Source: Octopus vulgaris (taxonomy: Eukaryota). From it: a stretch of DNA of 64,000 nt. Below the pieces are notes generated by a model. It was not told where the DNA came from, ran no database searches, and worked only from the letters and a program-made list of their open reading frames with translations. Made by a program: the position numbers and the translations under genes. Of the stretch, positions 13,230 through 42,343 are shown piece by piece. Numbering within the stretch: position 1 is the stretch's first letter; each line of letters begins with the position of its first letter. The stretch spans positions 15,376,001-15,440,000 of the forward strand of contig OX597831.1 of assembly GCA_951406725.2 (NCBI GenBank), written 5' to 3'.

Positions 13230-13570
13230 AGGAGATGTACTTGCATAGCAAGTGACCTGATCTGAGATTGTGTGCTGGAACGAAAACAATTGCAGCGTGG
13301 AAGTTGTTTATAACCATTTAAGAAACACACAAAAACCGTTAGATTCACTTCAACATTTAAATTTAATTTTTAAAAATATTTTCGTCGCTTTGAGACCGTG
13401 ACCTGTTCATTAACAAGATTCCGTGCTGCACCACAAAGGTTTGTCAGTGAACATGTCGCGATCTTAAAACGACGAAAATAGTTTCACAAATTAAATTTAA
13501 ATGTTGAAGTGAATCTAATGGTTTTTGTGTGTTTCTTAAATGACTTACAAACACCTTCACGCTGCAATAT
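13230..13570. mobile_element. Palindromic MITE / foldback element
   Basis: Long inverted arms attgcagcgtgg...aaatttaattt / aaattaaattt...cacgctgcaat; second copy in opposite orientation at 48191-48408. Confidence 0.75.
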
Positions 13571-15740
13571 AATTAAGATTACAATGGATATATGATACAA
13601 CACTTTCGCAGTGGCTTGCATTCCCTTGCTCAAGAAAAGCTGAATACGTTCACTAGACCGACCCAATTGTCTTCAATGGAAATGCACATATTCAAATGTA
13701 GAAATGCACGTGAATATGCAACTACCGACCCTCTTATAGACACGACGGTGACTCACTGGTTTCCATGCTGATGACTAGACACGAGCCACACTCACCCAAA
13801 AACTCAGTGAGTCACTCACTCACTCGCTCACTCATTCACTTACTCATTCATACAGTCTCATTCACACGCTCAATCACTCATTCACTCTCATTCACTTATT
13901 CACTCACTCACTCACACTCCCTCACTCGCCTCTCACTCACTCTCATTCCCCTCGCCAACTCACTCCCATGCAAGTAACCTGCTCAGATCTCCTTCGCTAA
14001 TGTTTTACAATGAAACAGTTTTAGCTTCGCACTGATCCTTTCCTAATGGATATTTCCTTCATACACTTAACATTCAAAATTCCTAAACAATTATCAACGT
14101 TTCGTGCAATTCACCATCGCAACGTATATCTATCAACCTATTGCAGAAGCTAAACCCTCGTGTACCCTACTAACTCCGCTGTCTTCTATTCCGTTTCACT
14201 TTCTTTCATTTCCTTCATCCCCACTTTATGATGTCTTATCCAGTTTTATTGCATTTCTTCTCCTCCCCTTCGCTACCTGTCCCACTAACGGCATTTCCCT
14301 TATGTCTTCCGAAAGATTTTCTCTGTAAATGATACGAAATTCCCGATTCAAATATTTCAAATATATTAGAGCAAGATTGTGTTACGAAATGAAAAAAGGA
14401 AGGTGTGTAGCGCGTTTTAATTTCACTTATTTCTAAATATTCATAGATTTGATAATTGTCCAATAAGTCAGTTGGTATTTTAGTAACTGTTTCGATCTCC
14501 AGTATTGTTATACGAATAAATATTCACTTAAATCTCACATGACGCGTATATGTGTACGTATATACGAGTGATGTTGTGTTCCTGATCGGAAATATACAAT
14601 CTATTTTGGTCTGCTACCGGATTCTGTCAAGATTATAAACAAAATAATGGCTAAAAGTTTAAACAAAATGTGTGTCTTTCTACGAAAAATTTCTTTATAT
14701 ATCTCATTTTGGCACACAACGCATTGAACGTTCTCCTTTTTAAAGGTTTTCATTTATATGTGTGTCTTTCATTTATAGCTGGCAGTAAATTCTTATTTTA
14801 GCTGCCTTAAATAAACTGATTAACATTCCGCATTTATCACAGAACAATATTTAATCTATATTTTGTTCTTTAACCTTCCTTCTTGAGACTTGTGAAATTT
14901 TGAATACGTAGATGTGTGGGTGTTTGTATAACAGAACTAGTATAGAATGTGACGCAATATGTTGCAGTGTAGAGTCTAGTTAATTACGTTCAGAGTTCAA
15001 AATCAAACCGAAGATTACATAGTTATTTGCCCTTGCTGTGTTCAGAAACTACAGTACAAGTTAAGGATAGAGTTTAGTAAACTCTCGACTCGCATTACAT
15101 GGCGGCGTGTCGACGCGGATTTGAGGCATGGCTTTATGAGAAACAATCACTGGAGACACCGGCAGAGTTCGGTTATACAAATAAACTTATATTGGAATCA
15201 TTATAAATATGAGTTAGCGTGGCGGTGATACTGTAATATCTTTTACGTTTATAAAGAAACGTTTACTGTTTCATGTTCCTATTTCAGTCTACATAATGAA
15301 TAACTTGAAATTACTGTCGGAATAATGTACAAATGGCTTATTCATTTGCGATCAAAGGATTACTAATGTCCAGCCGCAGGCGTCGTGCGAAATAAAGTAT
15401 GGGAAACCGTGGTAGTGTAACTTTATCAACATTAAAATAAGCGCCAACCAAATAAATATAATATCCTTTGAAAGATATCAAAGATTCTTTATGCTAGAAT
15501 ATGTAAAATTTATTTGGTAACTCTGCAAAATTTTCATCATAGTTTGTAATTTTGCGTTGGCATTATATTAAAAAGAATCTTTTTACCTTCTGTTTGTTTT
15601 TCCGCCTCTCTACATGTCTGCCTCTCTCTACGTATATATACCAATATACATACATACATACATACATACATATATGTGTATGTATGTATGTATGTATGTA
15701 TATATATATATATATATGTATATGTGTACATATATATATG

Positions 15741-15830
<90 letters not shown>

Positions 15831-15950
15831 AAGGAAGTAAAACTTACAAATAATGAATAATGTACACTTAAAAATATTTTGTAGGATAGCAATTTTACAT
15901 TAGCACGCTACGAAACCATGTACAATATTTGATCTCGTTCTTTTTGTGAG

Positions 15951-16034
<84 letters not shown>

Positions 16035-16052
16035 TGAATAGACACACACGTA

Positions 16053-16092
<40 letters not shown>

Positions 16093-16395
16093 TACACGCA
16101 TATGTATGCATATATGAGGGGAGACATATATAGATACATACTTATATGCATAAGTATATATATTTATATAATCACTAGCAAATTTTATTGTAAACCCAAT
16201 TTTTGTGTATTGAGAAATCTATAGTTAGCACACGGGTTTAGAACTGGCATTTTCAAAAGAAACTGAAATAAAATATTACAACGAAAGAAAATAAATTATC
16301 GCTAACCAAGAGACGAATTTATAGTTTCTTTTTTTGTTTTTCTTTTGCAAAATACTATAAACCTTAGAAATCTATCTGAAATAATTGATCCGGTC

Positions 16396-16448
16396 TATAA
16401 TTGTTCAAGACATACATTTTATACGGAGCCGGTGAGCCTGACCATCTG
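16396..16448 (+). promoter_or_regulatory. Putative TATA box and short non-coding first exon of gene B
   Basis: TATAA at 16396-16400; donor ctg|GTGAGT at 16449; 92-nt intron to tttctaaaag| at 16540. Confidence 0.45.
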
Positions 16449-16547
16449 GTGAGTATTTCATTTGTATATATATATAAGACGTGTATAAGCCAGGATTACT
16501 GTCTCTATACACCCTTAACTTCTATATTGTTTTCTAAAAGACCAAGG

Positions 16548-30837
<14,290 letters not shown>

Positions 30838-33800
30838 TTTGTTTCTTCAAAAATAGTAAGTAGTATCTGGGAATTAATACTGTCTAATTGCGTCTTGAAC
30901 GCTACATACTCGTATCTACATCATGTTTATAATAGGACTTCGAATATAACGTATGAAATGTCTAATATAGATGGCAAGCTGGGGAAAAAACGTTTGCGAA
31001 GGTTCGTCCGTCTTTACCTTTTTGTTCGAATTCCGCTGAGGTGGAGTTTCATTTTCATGATTTCGTGATTGATAAAATAACTGCCGGTTGAGCATTGGGT
31101 TCGATATAATGAGCTATCCGCCTCCCCAGAACTTGCTTGCCCTGTACCAAAATTTAAAATCACTATTTACAATGTGATTAAAAATATCCATGCTTTATAG
31201 CCAAATTTCAGATATCAGGTAAAAAAATGCATTGTGCTGTCGTGATTAATTTATGTGGTTATATTTTGGCAGAGGTAATTAATAATTCGAAATGACATAA
31301 TTAAAATCTCTGAGTGTTATAATAATGATAATTAAATTTCGATACATAGAAATCGATAATGATACATAACACGAAGATTAGATACCATAAAATTTATTAC
31401 ACATTGTTAACACGTTTGCATCCTCAGTAAAGCTAGCATATGATTCTTTACATTTGAAAATAAATCTGATGCATTTCTTCATTTTTAAAGTATATATTGA
31501 TAGTATATAAGATAATCGTACTTGCTACATGTGTTGTGTGCTTTGCTGATTTTGTGTTCTACACTCAATGTAATATAATTGGGAAAAAACAATGTAAAAT
31601 ACTTTGGAAATTCCAAATGAATATGCACTGATTTAAGTCTATCAATGATCAGTAGAGACAATTGTGTATTAAGATGTCGATTTGTTCATATTATTGTAAC
31701 TATGCTGCTAGAAGGCATTTCTCTCTTTCACATCTGCACATGCAAGTAGGTCAGAAAATATCATGATTGATACACATCAAAATTGCAGAAAGGTGAAATT
31801 GTTCTTGAACACAAATACATCCATTTTGTATTAGGATGTTATGCAGAATTTGAGGCAATGGATCTTGTCTATCTCCAAATGAATGAGCTACATTTATAAG
31901 GATGATGAGCTTGTAATAAAATCAGTAAACATATTATAGTAGATATAATATTAATGCGTAATAAAAATCAATATACCATCTGAATGCTATGATTAAATGA
32001 AATTTGTAACGCTGTGTTCGTAATGGACGTAAAAATGAATTTGGAATAATTTCACTCACCACTTCTTCCATCAGATTAATCCCATGCCAGACTATGATGC
32101 AACGGCTAAGCAATGCTGCTATAGTTTTCGCTAATTCTCAGAGTGTGGTTACATGAGTTTGCTTTCAACGAGTAGAAGACAATTGATCGCAATACAACAT
32201 ATTACAATCAATGACTCGGACAACTGACCAACAAGAATTTTGGACTAATAAACATTTTCATTGTTAACAAATAAGAATAAGCGATTGGGCTCTGTTATCA
32301 CGATTCATGTAATACTAAAATTTATTCATATTTGTAAGATCTTTGTAAATATTATCAGAGTACGTATATACATATAATTATAAAATTTAGCTGTATGGAA
32401 AAGTTTATCTTGGCCTGTATTCACGTGTGACGGACGACAGGTGGGTTCATTCTGATGTTTGAAGGGCAAGTTGTGGCACGGTAATGCACTCGCCTCATTA
32501 TTCGTTCCTCACAAGAGGATAAATTGGTAAAAAGGTCAAATTTGGTTTCCTTGCCTGACCTATCTGTGATCAAAAATTCGTTGTCCTGACCGAAGGCGTA
32601 TGATTACAAATACAAGCTGCTGAAATATGGTTCCTCCCAATGGTGCCACAAGTAAACTTACTCAGCACAGTGTATAGCTCCAAGATCAGGGAGTCTCTCC
32701 AAATCGAAATGTCACTTCACCCCATTTGGAGGTCATAGACTCGATACTACGGATATGTGATTCGAATGTCGCATGAATGCATTGGAGGACGGTTTCACCA
32801 AGCCGGTTTATCTGCCAGGAGACAGAAAAGTAGACCAACAACGAAATGTATGGATTAATATTTGTATTATCAGTTCCCGCTTAAGAATCCAGTCAGACGA
32901 TGTAATAACATTTGCTTTTGATTGAATCCTATGAAGAAGGTGTGTGATAATTCTACCCCACCATCTACCCCACTACTCCATGATCTACTCAGATGCAGTG
33001 GATGGAAATGAGAGGTAAAATAATTCCAAGGAATGTAACATAATAACCATAATAAATGGCATTAATGAAATACCTAAACCAATAGTAAAGATATGTGAAT
33101 ATTTGATTTAATTCGATTAGTTTTAGATTTGAGAAACTTTCACGTCGATCAATTTCTTTACAGTAAACAATGTTTAGATTAATTGTACTCAATCATCTAT
33201 TTCTCATGAATTACTTACGCACAGGATACAAACATCATCAATTATACAGCGGAAATTTATTTTTTATCAGGAAATATATGTCACATTCATTCTCAATTCT
33301 AAGTCGTCTTTCAGTAAATTTGTCTTTTTTTTATTTCATAATAGTGAAACTCGTAACACAGTGGTTATAGCACAGATTTCGGGGTAAGGACTGGTGGATG
33401 GAATATATGGAGTTGGTAGGATCATGTGAAGTGGAGCAAGATGTAAAGGTGTATGGAATAGCATTGATCAAGTCAAAGCATGTAGAAGTGTATACAGGCT
33501 TGGGCAGAAGCATTATTCTCAAGTTTCTCTAACACGCATCCTGGATGTGCTGATATGGTTCCTCCCCAAAGTGTCTGAAGTAAACTTAATCAACAGAGTA
33601 TGTATCACCAAGATCAGGGAGGCTCTCCAAATCGAATTTCAAATTCGAGGAACCTCGAGGATGTCTATGTATACTTACTATTATATAACTATCGAATACA
33701 ATAAATGAATGGAACGTTACCAGGCCATATTCGGTGAAGAAATCATATTGTAATTGTCTTCAGTGTAACACTACAAACTGCAGCCTGATTTTCATTTTCA

Positions 33801-33865
33801 TATCTAATATTTAATAAGAAACAATAATTACTGCTATAATAAACATTATATTTTTCTTTTCACAG

Positions 33866-33950
33866 ATCTTGTTAGGATCAATCCAATATATTGAATGTGG
33901 AAGATATCATCACCTATTACAGAAATAAAAAAGATTCTCTTTTCATATGT
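33866..33950 (+). other. Gene B terminal 3'-UTR exon with polyA signal
   Basis: tttttcttttcacag| acceptor; TCCAATATATTGAATGTGGAAGATAT aligns with gene C TCCAACATTTTGGAAACTGGAAAATAT; AATAAA at 33924-33929, GT-rich tract downstream. Confidence 0.7.
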
Positions 33951-34036
33951 GTTTATTATTAATTTCCATGACTTTGGCATCCACGTAATATACACACACA
34001 TGCATGCATAAATATCTATAGACACTCGTATCTATA

Positions 34037-34115
<79 letters not shown>

Positions 34116-34133
34116 GACCTATCTATCTATCTA

Positions 34134-34200
<67 letters not shown>

Positions 34201-34205
<5 letters not shown>

Positions 34206-34374
34206 AGAGATAAAACCACTATTAGGCAAATCAAGCAGTGAAAATCATAAACCAATACATAGAAATAAAATTAATTAATAAACAATATATAAAATATAAA
34301 ATTCAAAATTTAAATTATTTAAATTTAAAGTTAAAATTTTAAAAATTATTTAAATTAATAATTTATACTTACAA

Positions 34375-34439
<65 letters not shown>

Positions 34440-35258
34440 GATTATGATTATTATTATTATTATTATCATTAATTTTTAAGTATATATAACTATCAAAAAG
34501 TATTAAAAGTTTAAAATGTGATAAAGAGTAAAACCACTACGATCGATTCATGCCCATAAACCAATTCGAATAACAATAATTTAAATTCAATTAATAATTC
34601 GAATTATGGTTATAGTCAATCTTCAGGTTAATTATAATATTTAAATAAATAATCAGAAATTTCTAAACAATATTTTTTAAGAAATAAATAAAATAGTTTT
34701 TCTTATAAAAAACTCTATTATCAAACTAGAAACTTAACGATTATGATTGTCATACAATGGATTATAATGTTAAATATTAATTTTTAAGTATTAATTTTTA
34801 AGGTAAGAAACCCACAAATAATCTAATATCAGTTAGAGTCAATATCTACTTACATACATATTTCACAAAAAAATGACTATTCATATTATTAAATATAAAT
34901 TCAAGTCAAATAATTATATAATATTTGAATAGTAAATAAATTATCAATGAAAATATATAAATGTATATAAATATTAGAATTAAGATCTAAAATTATCTCT
35001 ATCAATAAATATATAAATTTATACGTATAAATGATTAATTTAAATTTAAAAAAAAAATTAACTTTAAATTTAAATAATCTAAATTTTGAATTTTATATTT
35101 TATATATTTTTTATTAATTAATTTTATTTCTATGTATTGATTTATGATTTGCCTAATAGTGGTTTTATCTCTAATTTAATATATCTATTTATACTATAAA
35201 ATTAGATTTAATCCTAAATCTAATTTTTCCCTGTAAGTTTGGATTTACTCCCTAATAT

Positions 35259-35260
<2 letters not shown>
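34201..35260. repeat. Very AT-rich element with ~140-bp inverted repeat (34201-34345 / 35043-35175), between (TA)n tracts
   Basis: attagagataaaaccactattaggcaaatc... versus ...gatttgcctaatagtggttttatctctaat. Confidence 0.7.
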
Positions 35261-35341
<81 letters not shown>

Positions 35342-36257
35342 TTATTTCGGGATGTTCATCTTTGGGCCAAATAAACACACGTAATATATATTTTTAACGC
35401 ATCTTAAAATAATAAGATAAAATTATAATTTTATAATATAATTACAGTAATAAACGAGTGAAGAAAGAATATAGATGGTGTGTGTGTGTTTATTTGGCAA
35501 AGAGAGTGACCATCCCGAAATACAACAATATCTGTTTCAACACACAATTATACATCAGGAAACGAAAGAACATATATATATATATATATATACCTTATGC
35601 CAAAGTGATATTACATGCCACTCACACTGAAACAAAGCACATTGCCAGTCGGTGATATATCTACAAGTGGAGTAAAGTATATTCACTGACATGCAGCGGG
35701 GTGGCTTATGTGAAAGAAAATTATATTTTGTATAAAGACAGCTTTAATAATGTAAATAGTATCGATGGCAAATGCGTAGCGTGAGTGCTTTGTTTATACG
35801 TACAATATCTGCGGGTTACCATCCTGGGAATTATCTTCTCACGCTGCCGAATATTAATGAAAATTGAATGTCGCAGAGCATAAAAGGCAACTCGCTCCTA
35901 CGTTGAACGAGAACATGCATAGCGATATTTCATTAGCCGTTTACCTATTCCGTTCATTATTCTACAATAAACCCGGAATGATTCGTACAGGCGGTCGGAG
36001 ACATATGCAAATTCTACCAACTCTATTCCGTGATGTTCTGTGGCGTCGCAAACATTAAGCAAAATGAAATTTTGAATTAAACAAGGCCTTCAAAATGCAA
36101 ACATAGTCACTGATACATTCATAATATATGAGATATTTTGATAGGTCCAAGAGTAGCGGTAGAGTATCTTGGGAAACGCCCATTCGTAGTGGTTTCAAGG
36201 AACGTTTGTCACGATGTCAACAATGTCCACATAATTACATGCACACACACACACATT

Positions 36258-36321
<64 letters not shown>

Positions 36322-39300
36322 TTCGAGTAGAGTTGTTCGATTCCTATTATTTGGGGGGAATTAATATGTATATATATATAGTCAATCCAAACAAGAAAAA
36401 AACAGAAAAAAAACACAGCAACGCGAGGATGTGGAACGCTCAAGAAAGAAGGGAAGGAGGGTTTAACGTTTCGAGCGAAGCTCTTCGTCGGAAACAAAGG
36501 TGAAGGAAAGATCCCGAGAAGGGAAGACATAGGAAAAAAAATTTTTTGCTGGTGGTGCTCAAGAGATCACATGGAGTAGGGAGCTATCCTTGTGCTGTTC
36601 AGGAGGGCAAGCTGGTCGTTGTGGATGTGACGTATATATATAGAGACATATAGATTATATTCATATAAACGAAGGAAAAGAAAATGTAGATTGGGAAGTT
36701 AATAATTGTTTGTTATTAGCAGTAAATTAATCATCACCATTTACAGCTGTTTCAATTACTACGCATTTAATATTAAGTAAATAGTAAATTTCTATGTCCA
36801 GAGCATATCTTCATAGGGAAATAATACGCTTGGATATTTTATATGCGTTTATGGACTCATTATAGTAGGCTGCATTAATTGTTAAGCTTACGAATAGACG
36901 CTTTCAATGCGTGGATACTATATCATACAAGCTTCAGCTCATGCCATTAATCGTATTAAACGTTACTTCGTAAAACTGAGGAAATGTGCAATCTCAAGAG
37001 GTCTATAACAATACGAACAGCTTTCCTAGTATAATCAGTATACATGGATTTGAGATTGGTACTCCTTTATTTCATGTGTTACTTATATTTCACTGTAAAT
37101 GTACTCTTTAGATGCAACTCATGAATCTAGCATGCATAAGCAATCCTCAGATTTCTTCACATGGATGAGTATTACAAATCGCAGACATTGAAGTAAATCG
37201 TTTTAGATACTGGAGTGTTACAAGGCCAGTGGGACGAGGGTGAGAAGCAACAAACGATACTGGGACATCACTCTGAAGAAGTTTATATTAATTAACAACG
37301 ACTACCGATGCACTAACATGAAAACTGTCACGCACCATTCCACAGCGATAGGGATTTAATATAGGAATATAGGCATCAATGTTATTGCATAAATAACATT
37401 ACAGCAGTATTCGTTTTCAGATAGCATGTCGTACGCACACGTTTTGATCAAAACGGAATAAATGTCAGACAGCAGCAAACATCGAAAATGGCACATGCAT
37501 TTCAGGCTTTGCAATGACGTATACTCACAAGCACCCACACATTAGAGGAGAGATCGTCAACTCTTATATAGAAAGCAGCGGACAAATATATTTACCGCTG
37601 TTGTGAAAAGCCCGAGTGTATATAAAACCGGTAAACACATTTGAGAGAGTATTAAAGAGTAAATATTTAAAAAACATGTGAGTATCTTAACTAATGCATA
37701 TACATCTTTCATAGTCCAGTCAGAGCTATATTCCTCCTGAGATAACATCTCTAGCAGACATACTATTTCAAAATCACAGTAAATATTAGGTGGTGGTGAG
37801 TGTCATTCCAGCTGCAAGTACCAAGAAAATCATATGTAGTTCCGTCTGTGAATGTTTCATATTGCTCTTATTTTCAATCTGTGGCTATGGTTGCATTACA
37901 ATACGTTTTTATCAGCTTTTCTGAAGATTCAACTACGATTCATATTATCACACCATTTCGTTTTCACATAATGACTTTTGTGCCGGCTTATAGCCAATTT
38001 TAATATGGTTAACATCCGAATATTATAAATTCGTGCGCCTCAACCACTTTTTGAAATGACAAAAATGTGGTACGGACATTAGATGAGTTGATAAAATGAA
38101 GTTGATATCGACATTAAGTGAGTTGATATTAATGAAAATGAGAAAGTAGAGAAACTTTAGGACCTAGCGTGTGGGATGAAGAGATTACAATGGTAAAAAT
38201 TGTCACTGCGTTATTTCTTTTACCAGAGGCACACAGTATGAAATTTCGTAGAAGGGCTTAAGTGGATTACATCAACACCGGTCTTACACTTGTAGATATT
38301 CTATCGACCTCGAAAGGATAAAAAGCGAACGCTTAGATTGCCGAAAGAGCGCTACGAAATTTGTTCGGCGCACTAAAGTTTCGGCCAGCTCACCGGATTG
38401 ATAATTGAGATAATAATTAACAATAACGTGTTATTAGTCACAACGGTCCAAAGCTTTGACCAAGACTGCAAATTCGAATGAAAAGTTACGAAAAAGTTTG
38501 GTAGTGAAACATTTACATTTTCGCCAAGTAAACACATGCACTATGCAGTCGTTCTTCACTCGTTTATAACTGTTCTTATTTTAACTGATGTCTATTGTCC
38601 GGAGATCTTTCGTCACACATCTGTGACCTCTTCATAGACGCTTTCCATCTTCGTGTATGCTCCTGCTATGCTTATCCGTTTAGATAATTATAATCGGAAT
38701 ATTTGTACAATTAGAACAAGTAGTATTGCCAAGGTGATTAATATCGAGAGAAAGTACCTGTTGCCTCAACAATATTTTCAAAGCAATGGATGTCTTGTAA
38801 TTATTTCTTTCACATGTTCCCTATTGATTTTGATGGTATATAAGGTGTTAACCTTTTGATTCACCGGTGTTTATTGAAATGGAGTTATATTGAGAGAAAA
38901 CTAAATTATACAATTACTCAATGTAATACGCATTCGTTTAATAAAATTTCCTCACGGACATGTTGGCGTTAATGAGTTTGTTTATGTCGTGTCTGTAGAA
39001 TCCGTTGTGTTTTTACTTAAACTTGTTGAGTAATTTATTCATTAAATCGTTGCATTCGGTATTATTGCCTTCGTAAATTGATAAATATTTTAGGTGGAAT
39101 TCAATCAATTATGATTTGCATGCACGTTAATGAGTATGTAGCTTTTGATGACAAGTATTTTTAAAGGTTTCGTACGTAATAGGTTTTTTTTTCTTTTCCA
39201 TGATGACATATAACAACTGTTTTACCGTTGATGTACTGACGTCATTACTGTCGAAGTTGCATATGTAGATATAAATACATAAATGCATATATATATATAC

Positions 39301-39419
39301 ATACATACATATATATGTTTAAATATATGAAACAAGTAAAATGACTGAAACAAGTAAAAGAGTAAAGAGTAAAGCGTATATATATATTTAATTAGGTAAT
39401 CTAGAAAAAGGAATACGGT

Positions 39420-40310
39420 CACCGTGGAGTTTGCACATTAAGAAGGGTTTGGAATTGTTCCATAAAAAGATACTGCTTGTTGATTCTTTCTTGTATAGAA
39501 ATTCTGTCTATACATTGATAGAAAGGGAATAAAATTTTTTTTTTTTTTCTACCGCAAGAGTCTACGTAACCACTGAGTGGAATTTGACGGTATTGTGGGA
39601 GATTTATATCTTCTTTATGGACGGCTGCTCTTCTGCGGAAAGGAAGACCCATCTGTCCGATATAATTGTGTTGGGAACCTGCGTATGTAAGGACGTAAAT
39701 GAGGTCCTTGCGAACCCCGTAACGGGCTTCTTCGAACTATGACTTATGAGATATCACGCCAGAAATTTGGATACCTTTTCCACATCTACTTAATGGAAAA
39801 CTGGAAAAATACCTAGATGATTGTTTAATCATATGGAAAGAATCTTATGAAAAACTTCTAGAATTCAAAACCACGCTTAACAACATACATCCCAATATTC
39901 AATTCACTATGGAATTCAGGAAACTTGATCTCCCTTGTCTTGATCTCCTAATTATAAAAACACCTAACAACTAAATCACAACCGACATGTACCACAAACC
40001 TATAGACTCACGACAATACCTCCTCTTCAGCTCATGCCATCCAAAACACACCAAAATAAATATCCCCTTCAACTTAGTTAAAAGGATTTGCACCATTGTC
40101 TCTGACCCAACCACATGGTTTTTCCCTATTTTTTTTAGGATTGCCGGGTGCAGGTACCCGGTGATTCTTGAGGGTCGCCCCACCAGGTGCCATCGGAATG
40201 ATTCCTTTATTATCTCCCCTTGTTCAGACCGGTCGACGTAATGGAGCATCTGTTGGTAGAAGCTATCGCAGTGTTCATGAGTTATTTCATCGAACTTTTT
40301 AGGTATCAAT
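39420..40310 (-). mobile_element. Rearranged Penelope-like element (GIY-YIG + RT remnants)
   Basis: Minus strand DLIYVLTYAGSQHNYIGQMG...RRRAAVHK (GIY-YIG). Plus strand YLDDCLIIW...NNIHPNIQFTME...YHKPIDSRQYLLFSSCHPKHTKINIPF (Penelope RT), with stop and frameshift. Confidence 0.85.
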
Positions 40311-41473
40311 TGGTGGGCTCTACTGGACGAGTTAAATTAGACAGACATGTATTCCCTTACGGCTGGTGTAGTTTAACTCTCTTATTTTTCAAGGCTTGGC
40401 ACCAATTGAAAATTTCATAATTGATTGCAAAGAATTCAAATTTGATGGAAAAGAATCCAAATTAGATCAAAAACATCTATAATAATGTTTCAATTTGTAA
40501 ATGGCCTATTAATCCAATAATTATAAAACAGAAGTAAGAGGTTCAATACCTCGGTTTGATTTTTCTGTAAAAAATAATGTTTTAGAGAAAAACAAAATCG
40601 GCGGGAGTTTTTGTCTTATCCCTTAATATCATTTTATTTCATCAATGTTTCTGTCCAGCCCGCAAGATACTCTGTATGATGCCTTTATGGCAAATATCTT
40701 TGAAATAAAGTAGTTTGCTTACGGACCACATTGCTCCGGGTTCCGTCCCACTGAGTGACACTTTAGGCAAGTGTCTTCTACTATAGCCTCGGGCCGACCA
40801 AACACTTGAGAGTGGATTCGGTAGACGGAAACTGAAAGAAGACCGTCGTATATATCTATGGATATGTATGCGTGTGTATATGATTTTGTGTCTGTTTTTG
40901 CCTCCCCCAACATCACTTGACAACCCATGCTGGTGTGTTTACGTCCCCGTAACTTAGCGGTTCGGCATAAGAGACCGATATCATAAGTGCTAGGCTAACA
41001 AAGAATAACTCCTGGGGTCGATCTGCTCGACTCAAGATGGTGTTCCAGCATGGCCGCAGTCAAATGACTGAAACAAGTAAAAGTAAAATAGTATCCATCA
41101 TTGTTAAACCCAAGGTAATAACAAAAGACATTTGGCCAAGCTGCTACGCAATGGTACTGAATCCGGTAGTGAATCTATCTTCTTAACACAAAGCCGTACC
41201 TACGCCCATATACGCACGCATACACATACACACACACACGCACGCACACACACATACACACATATATACCTGATGTTACCTATATAACAATGGACATGAT
41301 GTGCATTTAATTTTTCATATAAATGTTTTCCCAATTACATATTTAACAGCACGCGTATGACATCCTACGTATGTATTGAAAAATGACCTCGACTTCTGTC
41401 TATCAAAAGTAATATATATATATATATATTACTTTTGATAGACATATATATAGACATATCACAACTCCACTTT

Positions 41474-41518
<45 letters not shown>

Positions 41519-41788
41519 CTTTTGATAGACATATATTACAACAAAGGAGTCAGAAATTATTGTTGGGGAAATAGTCGATTTTATTTAACGTACAAAGCGA
41601 ACAAATTTGAAACCATAGAAAAAGTATTCACCCAATACACATATATGGTGAGGACTCGAGGCTTTATTGAATGGCGCTGAGAATAAGCACCTGCGCTAGT
41701 ATATTCTACGTATATAAGATATAGTTACTCGAAATAAGTGACTAGTGGTTGTCCTTGGTATTTAATCATAAGAATTCTTACTCAACAA

Positions 41789-41828
41789 ATGATGAAATCG
41801 GTGCTATTTCTTTGCTTTGTACTTATTG
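41789..41828 (+). CDS. Signal-peptide exon 1a ([14 protein letters not shown])
   Basis: ATG ATG AAA TCG...ATT G|GTAAGT; 9/13 aa identical to the gene B signal exon with several synonymous changes; TATATAAG at ~41711. Confidence 0.8.
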
Positions 41829-42291
41829 GTAAGTTTTTACGAGTAAAACTCTTGCTCCCTATTATTGATTATTATTTTTTATTAGCTGTGACCCTTGAAT
41901 TTGTATGCCTTTTGCGCGTTTATGACCAACTCACAAATAACGTAAAAATAACAGTGTTTTCTCAACTCAAGAAAAAATTTCTAACTATATACGATGCCCT
42001 GATGCTAATATTTATATACATACACGCAGCTGACAGAATCGTTAGCACGACGTGTGAAGTGCTTTGCGGTATTTCGTCTGCCGTTACGTACTGAGTTCAC
42101 CTTTCACCGAGGTTGACTTTGCCTTTCATCCATTCGGGGTCGATTGAATAAGTACCAGTTACACACTGGGGTCGATGTAATCGACTTAATCCTTTTGTCT
42201 GTCCTAGTTTGTCCCCTCTATGTTTAGGGCCCTGTGGGCAATACAAAAAATATATATATATATATACAAAAACACATATCCACACACACGT

Positions 42292-42343
<52 letters not shown>

